Source: an uncultured Armatimonadia bacterium (lineage in GTDB: Bacteria > Armatimonadota > Zipacnadia > CAVVLO01). Taken from it: DNA of 64,000 nucleotides. Numbering within the stretch: position 1 is the stretch's first letter; every line of letters starts with the position of its first letter. Positions 1 through 10,585 of the stretch are shown here, one piece after another. Where the stretch lies: the NCBI GenBank assembly GCA_963749155.1, contig CAVVLO010000001.1, positions 576,001-640,000 on the forward strand, written 5' to 3'. The notes beneath the pieces are model-generated. The model did not search any database and was not told the DNA's origin. It saw only the letters and a list, made by a program, of their open reading frames with translations. A program made the translations under genes and the position numbers.

Positions 1-760
1 GAGTTCTCGGCAAGGACGGCACTCGAACACGTTGCTGGCGAGCTTGAAGCAGCTCACCCCCAGCTCGCTCAGAAAGTGCTGGAGCGCGGACCGCTGGCGC
101 CTGGCGAGTTTTATCCCGAGTGGCTGCAGGAAGGGCGCTGGATTCATCCCTTTGAACTGGCGACGCGCCGGGCATGATGTGCCCCTGGTGATAGTTATGG
201 ACTTCGGGGTGAAATACAACATACTCAGATTGCTCTACAGCCTGGGCTTGCGCGTGCTGGTAGTGCCGGCAAGCACAAGCGCGGAGGACATCCTGGACTA
301 CGAACCCCAGGGAGTGGTGCTCTCGAACGGGCCTGGCGACCCGGAGCCTATCACCTATGGGCAGGAGACTATCCGCCAGCTCGTGGGCAAGGTGCCGATG
401 CTGGGCATTTGCCTCGGACAGCAGCTCCTCGGCCTGGCCTTGGGCGGCAGCACTTACAAGCTGAAATTTGGCCACCACGGTATTAACCATCCCGTGATGC
501 GACTGGCCACTCGCGAGGTGGAGATAACCTCGCAGAATCACGGCTTCGTGGTCGACCTGGACACGCTGCCCAAAGGCGATATCGAGCTAACCCATCTCAA
601 TCTCAATGACAAGACCTGCGAGGGGATCCGGCATCGGGCTTATCCGCTGATGTCGGTGCAATACCATCCGGAGCATGGGCCTGGTCCACATGATTCGATG
701 TACCTGTTTAAAGAATTTTCCGACCTGCTAAACCACGCCAGTGAGGTACCGACAACCTAA
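1..760 (+). CDS. carA: Carbamoyl-phosphate synthase small subunit, 5'-partial, with apparent +1 frameshift near 160-177
   Basis: GATase motifs DFGVKYNILR, SNGPGDP, GICLG, SQNHGF and QYHPE; abuts carB. Frame 1 is open from 1 to TGA at 175-177, while the GATase domain is in frame 2. Confidence 0.93.
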   Translation, partial: SSRQGRHSNTLLASLKQLTPSSLRKCWSADRWRLASFIPSGCRKGAGFIPLNWRRAGHDVPLVIVMDFGVKYNILRLLYSLGLRVLVVPASTSAEDILDYEPQGVVLSNGPGDPEPITYGQETIRQLVGKVPMLGICLGQQLLGLALGGSTYKLKFGHHGINHPVMRLATREVEITSQNHGFVVDLDTLPKGDIELTHLNLNDKTCEGIRHRAYPLMSVQYHPEHGPGPHDSMYLFKEFSDLLNHASEVPTT

Positions 761-3700
761 ATGCCTAAGCGAACGGACATCAAGAAGATTCTCATCATAG
801 GCTCGGGGCCAATTGTCATCGGGCAAGCCTGCGAGTTCGATTATTCGGGCACTCAGGCCTGCAAGGCCTTGCGGGAAGAGGGCTACGAGGTAATCCTCGC
901 CAACAGCAATCCCGCAACGATTATGACGGACCCGGAGCTTGCCGACCGCACTTATGTGGTGCCGTTGCAGGCCGAAGTCATCGAGCAGGTCATCGAGAAA
1001 GAACAACCTCAGGCGTTGCTGCCGACGATGGGCGGCCAGACGGCGCTAAATCTGGCACTCGAACTGGCCGAGTCGGGCGTGCTGGCTCAGCATAACGTCG
1101 AGCTCATAGGCGCCAAACGGAAAGCTATCAAGAAGGCCGAGGACAGAGAACTCTTCAAGGATGCGATGCTGGCGGCAGGGCTCAAACTCCCTGCCAGTGG
1201 ACTTGCTTACAATGTAAAAGGCGCCGAGCAGGTAGCAGAATCCATAGGTTATCCTGTGATTGTGCGCCCCTCTTCCACGCTGGGGGGCACCGGACAGGGC
1301 GTTGCTTATGATTTGGAAGAACTGCGCCGGGTTGTGGCACAAGGCCTCGAGCAAAGTCCCTTCAAGGAAGTGCTTATCGAGCAGTCGGTTATCGGCTGGA
1401 AAGAGTTCGAACTCGAGGTAATGCGCGATACCAAAGACAATGTGGTCATCGTGTGTTCCATCGAGAACCTCGATCCGATGGGCATCCACACAGGCGATTC
1501 GATTACCGTGGCGCCCGCGATGACGCTGACCGACCGCGAATATCAGTATATGCGCGATGCCTCGATCCGGGTCATCCGGGAGATTGGCGTGGACACCGGG
1601 GGCTCTAATATCCAGTTCGCGCAAAATCCCGAGAACGGCGAATTTGTCGTCATCGAGATGAATCCGCGCGTCTCACGCAGTTCGGCGCTGGCTTCCAAGG
1701 CGACTGGTTTCCCCATTGCCAAGATCGCAGCCAAGCTGGCGGTCGGCTACACGCTGGACGAGTTGATTAACGACATCACCCGCGAGACTCCGGCCTGCTT
1801 CGAGCCAACGCTGGATTATGTGGTAGTAAAGATACCCAGATGGGCTTTCGAGAAGTTCCCTGGCGTCAGCGAGACCCTCAACACGTCGATGAAATCGGTC
1901 GGCGAGGCGATGGCCATCGGGCGCACCTTCAAGGAAGCGCTGCAGAAGGCCTTGAGATCGCTTGAGCGGGGCCGGTTCGGCCTGGGGTACGATGGCAAGG
2001 GGCCAGATGTGCGGTTCTTCAGGGATGAAGAACTGCTGCGCCTGTTGCCCAGGCCCGTGCCGGACAGGCTTTTCCTGGTGGCCGAAGCGCTCAGGCGCGG
2101 CCATCCTGTTGAGGAGATATTCGAACTGACCAAGATTGATCCCTGGTTCCTTGTGAATATGCAGGAGATCGTCGAACAGGGCGAGGCGCTGTATGAGTTG
2201 CGCGGGCACCCTCTCGATACCAGCGACACAGAACTGGCCGCCGAGGTGCGCCTGGCGAAGCGGATGGGCTTCTCCGACCCGCAACTGGCCTACACCCTGG
2301 CAGTACCGGAGGCAGAGGTCAGGGCCTTTCGCAAAGAATTGGGGCTGATCCCTGGGCTCAAACTGGTAGATACCTGCGCGGCCGAGTTCGAAGCCTATAC
2401 GCCCTATTACTATACAGCTTATGATGATGAGTGCGAGGGGCGCCGGACCGACCGCAAGAAGATAATGATCCTCGGCGGCGGGCCCAACCGCATTGGGCAG
2501 GGCATCGAATTCGACTACTGCTGCGTACACGCGGCGATGGCCTTGCGCGAGGACGGGTACGAGACGATTATGGTCAACTCGAACCCGGAGACTGTCTCGA
2601 CGGATTACGACACTTCGGACAAGCTGTATTTCGAGCCGCTTACCTTTGAAGACGTGATGAACCTCGTCGAGAAAGAACGGCCCGATGGGGTCATCGTGCA
2701 GTTTGGCGGTCAGACACCGCTTAACCTCGCAAGCCGGTTGAAGGCCGCGGGCGTGCCGATAATTGGCACAAGTCCAGTGGATATTGACCGCGCTGAAGAC
2801 CGGGAATCCTTCAAGGCAATTCTCCACGAGCTGAAGTTGCTGCAGCCGGATAACGGGATCGCGCTGAGTTTCGAGCAGGCAGCCGAGATAGCAGAAGAAA
2901 TCGGTTATCCAGTGGTCGTGCGTCCCTCTTTCGTGCTGGGTGGACGGGCGATGGAGATAGTGTACAGTCGCAGTGACCTGGGCAAATATATGGAGCATGC
3001 GGTTGAAGCCGCCCCCGGGCACCCAATCCTGGTGGACAAGTTCCTCGAGGATGCCATCGAGATAGACGTAGATGCCATCTCGGACGGCGAGAGGGTCGTC
3101 ATTGGCGGGATTATGGAGCATATCGAAGAGGCGGGCATCCACTCGGGCGATTCGGCCTGCACCTTGCCGCCATATTCACTGGCCGAAGACCAGCTCGAAA
3201 TCATCCGGGATCACACCCACAAGCTGGCCACGGCACTGAACGTTATCGGCCTGTTGAACGTGCAATATGCAATCAAGAACGATACAGTATATGTGCTTGA
3301 AGTGAATCCGCGCGCCTCGCGCACGGTGCCTTTCGTCTCGAAGGCTATCGGGGCGCCACTGGCCAAGCTTGCGGCCAAGGTGATGGCTGGCAAGACACTG
3401 GAAGAGCTTGGCTTCACTGAAGAAAGAGTGCCTCGCTATACGGCGGTCAAGTGTCCGGTCTTCCCCTTCAACAAGCTGCCAGGCGCCGACCTGGTGCTGG
3501 GGCCCGAGATGAAGTCGACAGGCGAGGTTATGGGCCTGGACTTCGATTACGGAGCGGCCTTCGCAAAGGCGTATATGGGCTCGGGGGACAGGCTACCGAC
3601 CAAGGGGCAGGTCTTTATAAGCGTGAAGAACCGCGACAAGCGCGGCATTATCTTCGTGGCGAAGAAGCTCGCGGATCTCGGCTTCAAAGTGTTTGCGACC

Positions 3701-3997
3701 GAAGGCACCGCCCATGTGCTGGAGCGTAATGCGGTCGAAGTGGACACTGTGGGGCGGCTCAAAGAAGGCCCTCGCAACGTGCTGGAGCTAATAAAGCAGG
3801 GGCGTATCTCGCTGGTCATCAACACGCCCAGCGGCAAGGATCCACGCGAGGACCAGGTGCTTATCAGGCAGGAAGCGTTGTTACACAGGATTCCCGTCAT
3901 CACGACCTTGTCGGGCGCGATGGCGGCAGTGAATGCGATAGAGGCGCTTGCGCGCGGCGGGCTGGCAGCTCGAGCGTTGCAGGATTACTATTTGTGA
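761..3997 (+). CDS. carB: Carbamoyl-phosphate synthase large subunit
   Basis: [30 protein letters not shown] start, two ATP-grasp halves and a C-terminal MGS domain; 1078 aa. Confidence 0.99.
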   Translation: MPKRTDIKKILIIGSGPIVIGQACEFDYSGTQACKALREEGYEVILANSNPATIMTDPELADRTYVVPLQAEVIEQVIEKEQPQALLPTMGGQTALNLALELAESGVLAQHNVELIGAKRKAIKKAEDRELFKDAMLAAGLKLPASGLAYNVKGAEQVAESIGYPVIVRPSSTLGGTGQGVAYDLEELRRVVAQGLEQSPFKEVLIEQSVIGWKEFELEVMRDTKDNVVIVCSIENLDPMGIHTGDSITVAPAMTLTDREYQYMRDASIRVIREIGVDTGGSNIQFAQNPENGEFVVIEMNPRVSRSSALASKATGFPIAKIAAKLAVGYTLDELINDITRETPACFEPTLDYVVVKIPRWAFEKFPGVSETLNTSMKSVGEAMAIGRTFKEALQKALRSLERGRFGLGYDGKGPDVRFFRDEELLRLLPRPVPDRLFLVAEALRRGHPVEEIFELTKIDPWFLVNMQEIVEQGEALYELRGHPLDTSDTELAAEVRLAKRMGFSDPQLAYTLAVPEAEVRAFRKELGLIPGLKLVDTCAAEFEAYTPYYYTAYDDECEGRRTDRKKIMILGGGPNRIGQGIEFDYCCVHAAMALREDGYETIMVNSNPETVSTDYDTSDKLYFEPLTFEDVMNLVEKERPDGVIVQFGGQTPLNLASRLKAAGVPIIGTSPVDIDRAEDRESFKAILHELKLLQPDNGIALSFEQAAEIAEEIGYPVVVRPSFVLGGRAMEIVYSRSDLGKYMEHAVEAAPGHPILVDKFLEDAIEIDVDAISDGERVVIGGIMEHIEEAGIHSGDSACTLPPYSLAEDQLEIIRDHTHKLATALNVIGLLNVQYAIKNDTVYVLEVNPRASRTVPFVSKAIGAPLAKLAAKVMAGKTLEELGFTEERVPRYTAVKCPVFPFNKLPGADLVLGPEMKSTGEVMGLDFDYGAAFAKAYMGSGDRLPTKGQVFISVKNRDKRGIIFVAKKLADLGFKVFATEGTAHVLERNAVEVDTVGRLKEGPRNVLELIKQGRISLVINTPSGKDPREDQVLIRQEALLHRIPVITTLSGAMAAVNAIEALARGGLAARALQDYYL

Positions 3998-4015
3998 GCA
4001 AGCGAGGCGAGAGCA

Positions 4016-4963
4016 ATGGCTGGTTATGTTGACAGACTGGCAGAGGCGATCAAAACAAAACAATCGCGGCTCTGCGTTGGGCTTGACCCAAGCCTCAAAG
4101 GGCTACCTCTGGCGGTCGCTGACAGGTACAGGCGCGAGCAGGAGCCTGATGCCACGGTCGAGGCTTTTCGGGCTTTCTGTATGGACGTCGTCGATGTGGT
4201 GGAAGACCTTGTGCCGGCGGTCAAGCCTCAGGTGGCTTTCTTCGAACAATACGGCCCGAAAGGTTTTGAGGCTTTCGCCGAGGTATGCGGCTATGCTCGT
4301 TCCAAGGGACTGCTGGTTATAGCCGACATCAAGCGGTCCGACATCGGCAGCACTTGCGAGGCTTATGCCAGCGGCTGGCTTGGCGAGGCGCCACTGCTCA
4401 GTGGCTCGCAACACGAATGGGTTGAAGTCGATGCCATAACAGTAAATCCCTATTTCGGCAGAGATGGCCTGGAGCCGTTTTTCGAGCTGGCGGAAGAGCT
4501 GGACCGGGGCCTTTATGTGCTTGCCAAGACCTCGAATCCCTCCTGGATTGAAATCCAGGGGCTATCTCTGCCCAGTATGACCAACGTGGCCAGGCATGTA
4601 CTGGAGCTTATAACCGGCTGGGGCAAGGGCCTGATGGGAGAGTGCGGTTACAGCAGTATAGGCGCTGTGGTGCCCGCCACCCATCCGGAAGAAGCCGCCG
4701 AGATGCGCGCGGCTGCGCCTGCCACCCCCTTCCTGATACCGGGTGTTGGCGCCCAGGGCGCAACGATGGCGGACGTTGCAGCCTATTTTGATTCGCAAGG
4801 GCAGGGCGCTTTGGTGAACGTCTCTCGAGGCGTGCTCAGGGCCTTCGAGCCGGATGATGTTGAATGGCAGGAGCAAGTGCGCGAAGCGGCTCGGAAGTAT
4901 CGAGACGAATTGAACACCGTGCTGGATGTGGCAGGCAAACTCGGGGAGGGGAACGGCGCTTGA
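4016..4963 (+). CDS. pyrF: Orotidine-5'-phosphate decarboxylase (type 2)
   Basis: LCVGLDP, KPQVAFFE, DIKRSDIGST, KTSNP and LIPGVGAQG motifs. Confidence 0.97.
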   Translation: MAGYVDRLAEAIKTKQSRLCVGLDPSLKGLPLAVADRYRREQEPDATVEAFRAFCMDVVDVVEDLVPAVKPQVAFFEQYGPKGFEAFAEVCGYARSKGLLVIADIKRSDIGSTCEAYASGWLGEAPLLSGSQHEWVEVDAITVNPYFGRDGLEPFFELAEELDRGLYVLAKTSNPSWIEIQGLSLPSMTNVARHVLELITGWGKGLMGECGYSSIGAVVPATHPEEAAEMRAAAPATPFLIPGVGAQGATMADVAAYFDSQGQGALVNVSRGVLRAFEPDDVEWQEQVREAARKYRDELNTVLDVAGKLGEGNGA

Positions 4964-6051
4964 ATAGCCTGATCAGCGCGCGTCAGCTTACACCAGAGTT
5001 TTTGGGTGAGTTCTTCCGCATCGCGGATGGTATGGTGGAGTCGCTGTCCCGTCACGGCGCCAGTCTGGGCGCTGGTCATATCCTCGGGACAATGTTTTTC
5101 GAGCCTAGCACGAGGACCAGACTGTCCTTTGAGAGCGCCATGCAGCGGCTTGGCGGTACCAGCCTTGGTTTTGCAGAGCCCAAGAGCAGTTCAGCCTCGA
5201 AGGGAGAGTCACTGGCTGATACCATTCGAGTGGTAAGTGGTTATGCCGACGCACTGGTAATGAGGCACTTTACCGATGGCGCAGCGCGGCTGGCGGCGGA
5301 TTTTACCAGTGTGCCCTTCATAAATGCAGGCGATGGGCGGCACGAGCATCCAACCCAGACGCTGACCGACCTCTTGACCCTGCACCGGCTTGGGCTTTAT
5401 GGGCAGGGAATGAAAATTGGGGCCGTGGGCGATCTCAAATACGGGCGCACAGTCCATTCGCTGGTGAAGGCGCTTTTCGGCACTGGGGCGACCATATACT
5501 CGGCAGCGCCAGAGACCTTGCGGCTACCTGCCGAACTGGTTGAAGAAGCGCAAGCTCAGGGCTTGAATATTGTGAATTGTGATTCATTGGAAGAGCTGTT
5601 GCCTCAGGTATCAGTCGTCTATATGACCCGTATCCAGAAAGAACGGCTGGATGAAGGGGAAGATTATCAGGCCCTGGCCGGGCGCTATGTCTTGACCAGA
5701 GAGCTAGTAGAGCAGCATAATCCAGAAGCCTGTGTGCTCCACCCGCTGCCGCGAGTGGATGAACTGGCTTATTCGGTAGACGACCTGCCGACGGCAAAGT
5801 ATTTCGAGCAGGCCCATATGGGTGTGCCTGCTCGAATGGCGCTTCTGGCCATGCTGCTCGGGCTGGTGCGCTGGCAGCAAGAAAGCCTGCCCACCCCGCG
5901 CGAGTTGCATAGTGAGCGCCCCGCCACATCAGTTGAGCGGTGCGCGAATACCAGATGTGTAATAAACTGTGAAGTCTTCGCTCCGCCCCTTGTTTGGGCA
6001 GATGGAGCGGGCAAATTGCGCTGCAGTTATTGTGATCAGGAACTAGACTGA
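4960..6051 (+). CDS. pyrB: Aspartate carbamoyltransferase with C-terminal PyrI-like zinc-binding domain
   Basis: FFEPSTRTRLSF, HPTQTL, GDLKYGRTVHSL and LHPLPR motifs; tail CANTRC...CSYC. Start moved to TTG at 4960, which overlaps the pyrF stop and follows GGGGAGG. Confidence 0.95.
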   Translation: MNSLISARQLTPEFLGEFFRIADGMVESLSRHGASLGAGHILGTMFFEPSTRTRLSFESAMQRLGGTSLGFAEPKSSSASKGESLADTIRVVSGYADALVMRHFTDGAARLAADFTSVPFINAGDGRHEHPTQTLTDLLTLHRLGLYGQGMKIGAVGDLKYGRTVHSLVKALFGTGATIYSAAPETLRLPAELVEEAQAQGLNIVNCDSLEELLPQVSVVYMTRIQKERLDEGEDYQALAGRYVLTRELVEQHNPEACVLHPLPRVDELAYSVDDLPTAKYFEQAHMGVPARMALLAMLLGLVRWQQESLPTPRELHSERPATSVERCANTRCVINCEVFAPPLVWADGAGKLRCSYCDQELD

Positions 6052-6090
6052 ACGGGCCTTTCGGCTCGTGAGAAGAGAGGGAGAATACAA

Positions 6091-7311
6091 ATGGCAAGAA
6101 TCGACACTTCTGATATGAAGTTGTCCCAGGCCAAAAAGGTCGCTCTGGCGTACTCTGGAGGTCTGGACTCGGCACTGGCCATCAAGCTTTTGCCGGATTA
6201 TTACGGGGCCAGCGAGGTTGTCGCGGTCACTATCGACGTAGGCCTCGATGCTCAGGAACTGGGCGAGTGCAAAGCCAAGGCCGACCTGATGGGCGTGCCG
6301 TGGATCCTCATCGACAAGAAGGACGAGTTCGCCGAGTTGTGGATCGCCAAGGCACTGCGCGCCAACTCGGACTATGAGGGCTATCCGGTCTCGACTTCAA
6401 TGACGCGCCAGCTCATCGCCCGCGATGTGGCTTTGTATGCGGTCGAAAACGGCTGCGATGCGGTGTGCGAAGGCTCCACCGGCAAGGGCAACGACCAGTT
6501 CCGGATGCACAACTGCTTCAAGTTGTGGGGCCCGGAGCTCACCATCATCTGCCCGGTGCGCGATTTCAACTTCACGCGCCAGCAGGAAAAAGACCTGTCG
6601 CGGGATTATGAGATCCCCTTCAAGGAAGGCATCGGCGATGACCGCACAATGTGGTGCCGGTCGATCGGTTCGGGCGAGGTGGACAACCTCAAGATGCGCA
6701 TCGCGCAGGAGGACTACCTCTGGTATCAGTATCCCGAGAATGCTCCAGACCAGCCCGTGACAATTGATGTCGAGTTCAAGGAAGGCTTGCCTGTAAACGT
6801 AGATGGCCGCACCAAGATGGCCGATATTATCCCCTACCTCAACGAGCTGGCCGGCAAGCACGCCATTGGCAAAATCGATATGTTCGAGGATGGCATTATG
6901 GGCCTGAAGAGCCGCGAGGCTTATGAAGCGCCTGCCGCTACCGTCCTCATCAAGCTGCACAAGGATCTCGAATCGCTGACGCTGACGAAGGAAGAGATCC
7001 TCTTCAAGCAGATGATAGATGCCAAGTGGGCCGAGATGGTCTACCATGGAATGTGGTATCACCCACTGAAAGAAGAGCTGGATGCCTTCATCGAGAAGTC
7101 GCAGGAGCATGTAAGCGGCAAGTTCAAGGTGCTGCTCTACAAGGGCAACATCGACATCATCGAGCGCGAGTCGGCCGAGGCCCTGTTCCGGCCTGACCTG
7201 CGTTCGCTGGCCGCCAAGGGCTTCGACCAGCGCGACTCGGAAGGCGCCTGCAAGATTAACGGACTCAAGTTTGAGATCCTCGGAACGCGCAGGAGACTGC
7301 TTGGTCGATGA
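6091..7311 (+). CDS. argG: Argininosuccinate synthase
   Basis: LAYSGGLDS, GSTGKGNDQFR and KSREAYEAPA motifs. Confidence 0.97.
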   Translation: MARIDTSDMKLSQAKKVALAYSGGLDSALAIKLLPDYYGASEVVAVTIDVGLDAQELGECKAKADLMGVPWILIDKKDEFAELWIAKALRANSDYEGYPVSTSMTRQLIARDVALYAVENGCDAVCEGSTGKGNDQFRMHNCFKLWGPELTIICPVRDFNFTRQQEKDLSRDYEIPFKEGIGDDRTMWCRSIGSGEVDNLKMRIAQEDYLWYQYPENAPDQPVTIDVEFKEGLPVNVDGRTKMADIIPYLNELAGKHAIGKIDMFEDGIMGLKSREAYEAPAATVLIKLHKDLESLTLTKEEILFKQMIDAKWAEMVYHGMWYHPLKEELDAFIEKSQEHVSGKFKVLLYKGNIDIIERESAEALFRPDLRSLAAKGFDQRDSEGACKINGLKFEILGTRRRLLGR

Positions 7312-8864
7312 AGCTTTGGGCAGGACGATTCTCAAAAGACCTCGAGGCGAAGGTATTGGCCTTCTCCGAGAGCACTGAAGTGGACGAACGCCTTGCTCCC
7401 TTTGACATATGGGGGAGCAAGGCGCACGCCCTGATGCTTGCAAAGTGCGGTATCCTGGACACCGATTCCTTGCGCAAGATTTTGAGAGAACTGGGTCGCG
7501 CGCAGGCAGACCTCGAGACGGGCAAGCTGAAGCTGAAGCCCGAACTCGAGGACGTCCATATGAATATCGAGACCTATGTCATAGAAGGCGCAGGGCCCGA
7601 GTTCGGCGGCAAGCTGCATAGCGCGCGTTCGCGCAACGACCAGGTGATGGTCGACCACAAGCTTTATCTGCGCGAGCAGATTCTGGCGATTATGGGCCAG
7701 CTCGTGAGCCTCAGCAGAACCTTGCTGGAGCTTGCCGGAGCTCATCTGGAGACTCCGATGCCTGGTTTCACCCACACCCAGGTGGCTCAGCCGATGAGCC
7801 TGGCTTTCTGGGCGACGAGTTATGTGGCGCATCTGATGAGAGACCTGGAGCGCTTCCAGAGCTGTTTTGCGAAGACTAATACCAATCCGCTGGGCGCCTG
7901 CGCTTTTTCCGGCACGTCCCATCCCACCGACCGGCGCATCACGACGTTGCTGCTGGGCTTCGATGATGTGCAGTTGCATGCGATGGACTGCGTGGCCAAT
8001 CGGGACTTCGCTCTGGAGTTTCTCGCGGCTTGTGCTATCCTCGCCGAGGCGACTTCGAAGCTGTCAGAGGAATTTGTCTGGTGGAGCACGCCGGCCATCG
8101 GGATGGTTGAAGTCGACGACGCCTATGCCACCGGCAGCAGCATAATGCCGCAAAAGAAGAATCCTTGTGTAGCCGAGCTTGCGCGGGGCAAGACCGCCAG
8201 ACTGCACGGCGCGTTGATGCAGGAGCTTAGCCTCACCAAAGGGCTGCCCAACGCCTACAACCGGGATCTGCAAGAAGACAAAGTGCCTGTCTGGGAAGCC
8301 ATCGACACGGTGACGATTACCCTGGCCGTGCTCGAAGGGATGCTGAAGACGACGACCTTCCGCACCGAGCGGATGAAAGAACTGGCTGGCGCGGGATTTA
8401 GCACCGCTACCGAACTTGCGGACTATCTGGTACGGCGCCACAAGCTGGCTTTTCGCACCGCGCATCATCTGTCAGGCGCAACGGTGGCGGGCCTGATAGA
8501 CCAGGGCAAAGATTTCAGCGATCTGGAAGCTACCTTAGCCCTGCTTACCGAACAGGGCGTGCGCGCGGATGCAGGCGAACTGGCTGAGGCCCTTTCACCT
8601 GAAGGCGCGATGCGGGCGCATACCAGTATCGGCGGGACCGCCTCTGAAGCTGTCACGTCGATGATTACGACTTTTATACGGCAACTCGATGGATATGATG
8701 GTTTCGTGCGCGACAAGGTGTCCCAGCTTGCCACGGCGCGCGAAGCGACCGAGCGAGCGGTGCAGCAGATGCTGCAGGGGGGCACGACGGAGCATATCCC
8801 ACAGCCCAGCCTGGTGGACGAGTATTCCAGCATCGACGGGATGGGCGACGATTATATTCGGTAG
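7308..8864 (+). CDS. argH: Argininosuccinate lyase
   Basis: KLWAGRF, RSRNDQV and GSSIMPQKKNP signature, YNRDLQEDK. Confidence 0.97.
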   Translation: MKLWAGRFSKDLEAKVLAFSESTEVDERLAPFDIWGSKAHALMLAKCGILDTDSLRKILRELGRAQADLETGKLKLKPELEDVHMNIETYVIEGAGPEFGGKLHSARSRNDQVMVDHKLYLREQILAIMGQLVSLSRTLLELAGAHLETPMPGFTHTQVAQPMSLAFWATSYVAHLMRDLERFQSCFAKTNTNPLGACAFSGTSHPTDRRITTLLLGFDDVQLHAMDCVANRDFALEFLAACAILAEATSKLSEEFVWWSTPAIGMVEVDDAYATGSSIMPQKKNPCVAELARGKTARLHGALMQELSLTKGLPNAYNRDLQEDKVPVWEAIDTVTITLAVLEGMLKTTTFRTERMKELAGAGFSTATELADYLVRRHKLAFRTAHHLSGATVAGLIDQGKDFSDLEATLALLTEQGVRADAGELAEALSPEGAMRAHTSIGGTASEAVTSMITTFIRQLDGYDGFVRDKVSQLATAREATERAVQQMLQGGTTEHIPQPSLVDEYSSIDGMGDDYIR

Positions 8865-8874
8865 GAGCGGACTG

Positions 8875-9663
8875 ATGCCCCAGCTCACAAGGGCGGAAGT
8901 GACTGCCGTAAAGCGCCTCACATCGGGGCGCGTAGAAGTGACACTCAGGTGCGAATCGCTGGTCGGGCTGGCTCAGCCCGGCCAGTTTGTTCAGGTGGCT
9001 GTTGGCAGAGAGCTCGATCCCCTGCTGCGCCGGCCTTATGGTTTTGGACCTCTCTTCCCCGAGCGAAACACCTTCAAGCTCTATGTCCAGGCGGTAGGGC
9101 GCGGCTCCGAGTTGCTTTGTGCTGCCCAGGCGGGCGATGAACTCGACTGCCTTGGACCACTCGGGAATCCCTTCCCACTGCCGGAGCTGGGCCAGCGCGC
9201 TTGCCTGGTGGGCGGAGGAACGGGCCTTGCGCCAATGGTATGCCTTGCAAAGAAGCTTTCCGAGGAAGGCATCTCGACTTTGCTGCTGCTGGGCGCTGGT
9301 TGTTGCGATGAGCTGACAGGCCTCGATGACGTGGTGGAAGCAGGCCTCGAATACGCCTGTGCGACCGAGGATGGCTCTCTGGGCGCGCAAGGATTTGTAA
9401 CCGAATTGCTTGGGGTGGCAGAGCCGGCGGACGTCTATTATGCTTGCGGGCCGACTCCGATGATGCGGGCCGTGGCGCGATTCGCGGCGGAAGCAGGCAA
9501 GCCTTGCTGGGTCTCGCTGGAGGCCCGGATGGCTTGTGGATATGGCGTCTGCGCAAGCTGCGCGGTGCCGATTGGCTCGCCTGGCGCCTGGGAATACCGC
9601 AAGGCCTGCAAGGATGGACCCGTCTTCAGCGCGCAAGAGGTGGTCTGGGATGAGCTTGCCTGA
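8875..9663 (+). CDS. pyrK: Dihydroorotate dehydrogenase electron-transfer subunit
   Basis: PGQFV, LRRP, GPLGN, GGGTGLAP and MACGYGVCASC...CKDGPVF; ATG at 8875 after AGGAG. Confidence 0.94.
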   Translation: MPQLTRAEVTAVKRLTSGRVEVTLRCESLVGLAQPGQFVQVAVGRELDPLLRRPYGFGPLFPERNTFKLYVQAVGRGSELLCAAQAGDELDCLGPLGNPFPLPELGQRACLVGGGTGLAPMVCLAKKLSEEGISTLLLLGAGCCDELTGLDDVVEAGLEYACATEDGSLGAQGFVTELLGVAEPADVYYACGPTPMMRAVARFAAEAGKPCWVSLEARMACGYGVCASCAVPIGSPGAWEYRKACKDGPVFSAQEVVWDELA

Positions 9664-10585
9664 GCCTCCGGTCAGCCTGGCAACCGAGTTGTTTGGCCAG
9701 CGCCTAGCCACGCCGGTGATGGCGGCCTCGGGCACCTGCGGATATGGCTCGGAACTTGCCGAAGTGGCCGACCTGGCCTGGTATGGCGCGCTGGTGCTTA
9801 AGACCATCACGCTGAAGCCGCGTAAGGGTAATCCACCGCCCCGGATGACCGAATCACCCGCAGGGATGCTTAACTCCATCGGCTTGCAGAATCCAGGTTG
9901 GGAAGAGTTTGCCTCTGAAGTCTGGCCGCGAGTGCTGGAGATTTGCGCCCAAACCAGGCTCATCCTCAGCCTGGGCGGTGAAGAAGCTTTTGAATTTGCC
10001 ACCCTGGCGCATCAGGCAAGTGACCTGGAAGGGGTCTTCGCGCTAGAACTCAATCTCTCGTGCCCCAATGTCTGTGCAGGGGGACGAGTCGTCGGAGCCC
10101 AGGCGGGCGCGGTGAGGGAGCTGGTAACCGCCGCACGGGGCAAGACAGACCTGCCTCTTATTGCCAAGCTCTCTCCAAATGTCGCGAACCTGCCCGAGCT
10201 TGCCCAGGCGGCCCAGGAAGCGGGGTCCGATGCGATCTCGGTCGTTAACACTTATCTCGGCCTCGCCCTCGATGTCGAGAAACGCAAGTACCTCTTTGCC
10301 AACCGGGTAGCGGGGGTGTCGGGCCCTGCAATCAAGCCACTGGCGCTGCACGCGACCCACCTGGTGGCGCAGAGTGTGACCTGTCCGGTTATCGGGATGG
10401 GCGGTATCAGTGGGTGGCGAGATGCGGCAGAGTTTCTACTGGCGGGCGCTAGCGCGGTACAGGTTGGGACGGCAGGATTTCCAAATCCCAAGGTCGCAAG
10501 AGAAATCGGCGAGGGCCTTGCCGCCTATCTCGAACGCCAGGGGATGGCCAGCGTCAGCGAACTTGTGGGAGCTTTGCAGGGCTAG
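9650..10585 (+). CDS. pyrD: Dihydroorotate dehydrogenase 1B catalytic subunit
   Basis: ASGTCGYG, NSIGLQNPG, LNLSCPN, KLSPN and SGPAIKP motifs; ATG at 9650. Confidence 0.96.
   Translation: MSLPEPPVSLATELFGQRLATPVMAASGTCGYGSELAEVADLAWYGALVLKTITLKPRKGNPPPRMTESPAGMLNSIGLQNPGWEEFASEVWPRVLEICAQTRLILSLGGEEAFEFATLAHQASDLEGVFALELNLSCPNVCAGGRVVGAQAGAVRELVTAARGKTDLPLIAKLSPNVANLPELAQAAQEAGSDAISVVNTYLGLALDVEKRKYLFANRVAGVSGPAIKPLALHATHLVAQSVTCPVIGMGGISGWRDAAEFLLAGASAVQVGTAGFPNPKVAREIGEGLAAYLERQGMASVSELVGALQG

Noticed and set aside
1673..3142. Long antisense ORFs (also 6397-7443, 8674-10002, 35153-36151)
   Set aside because: Shadows of GC-rich sense genes with no recognisable motifs.
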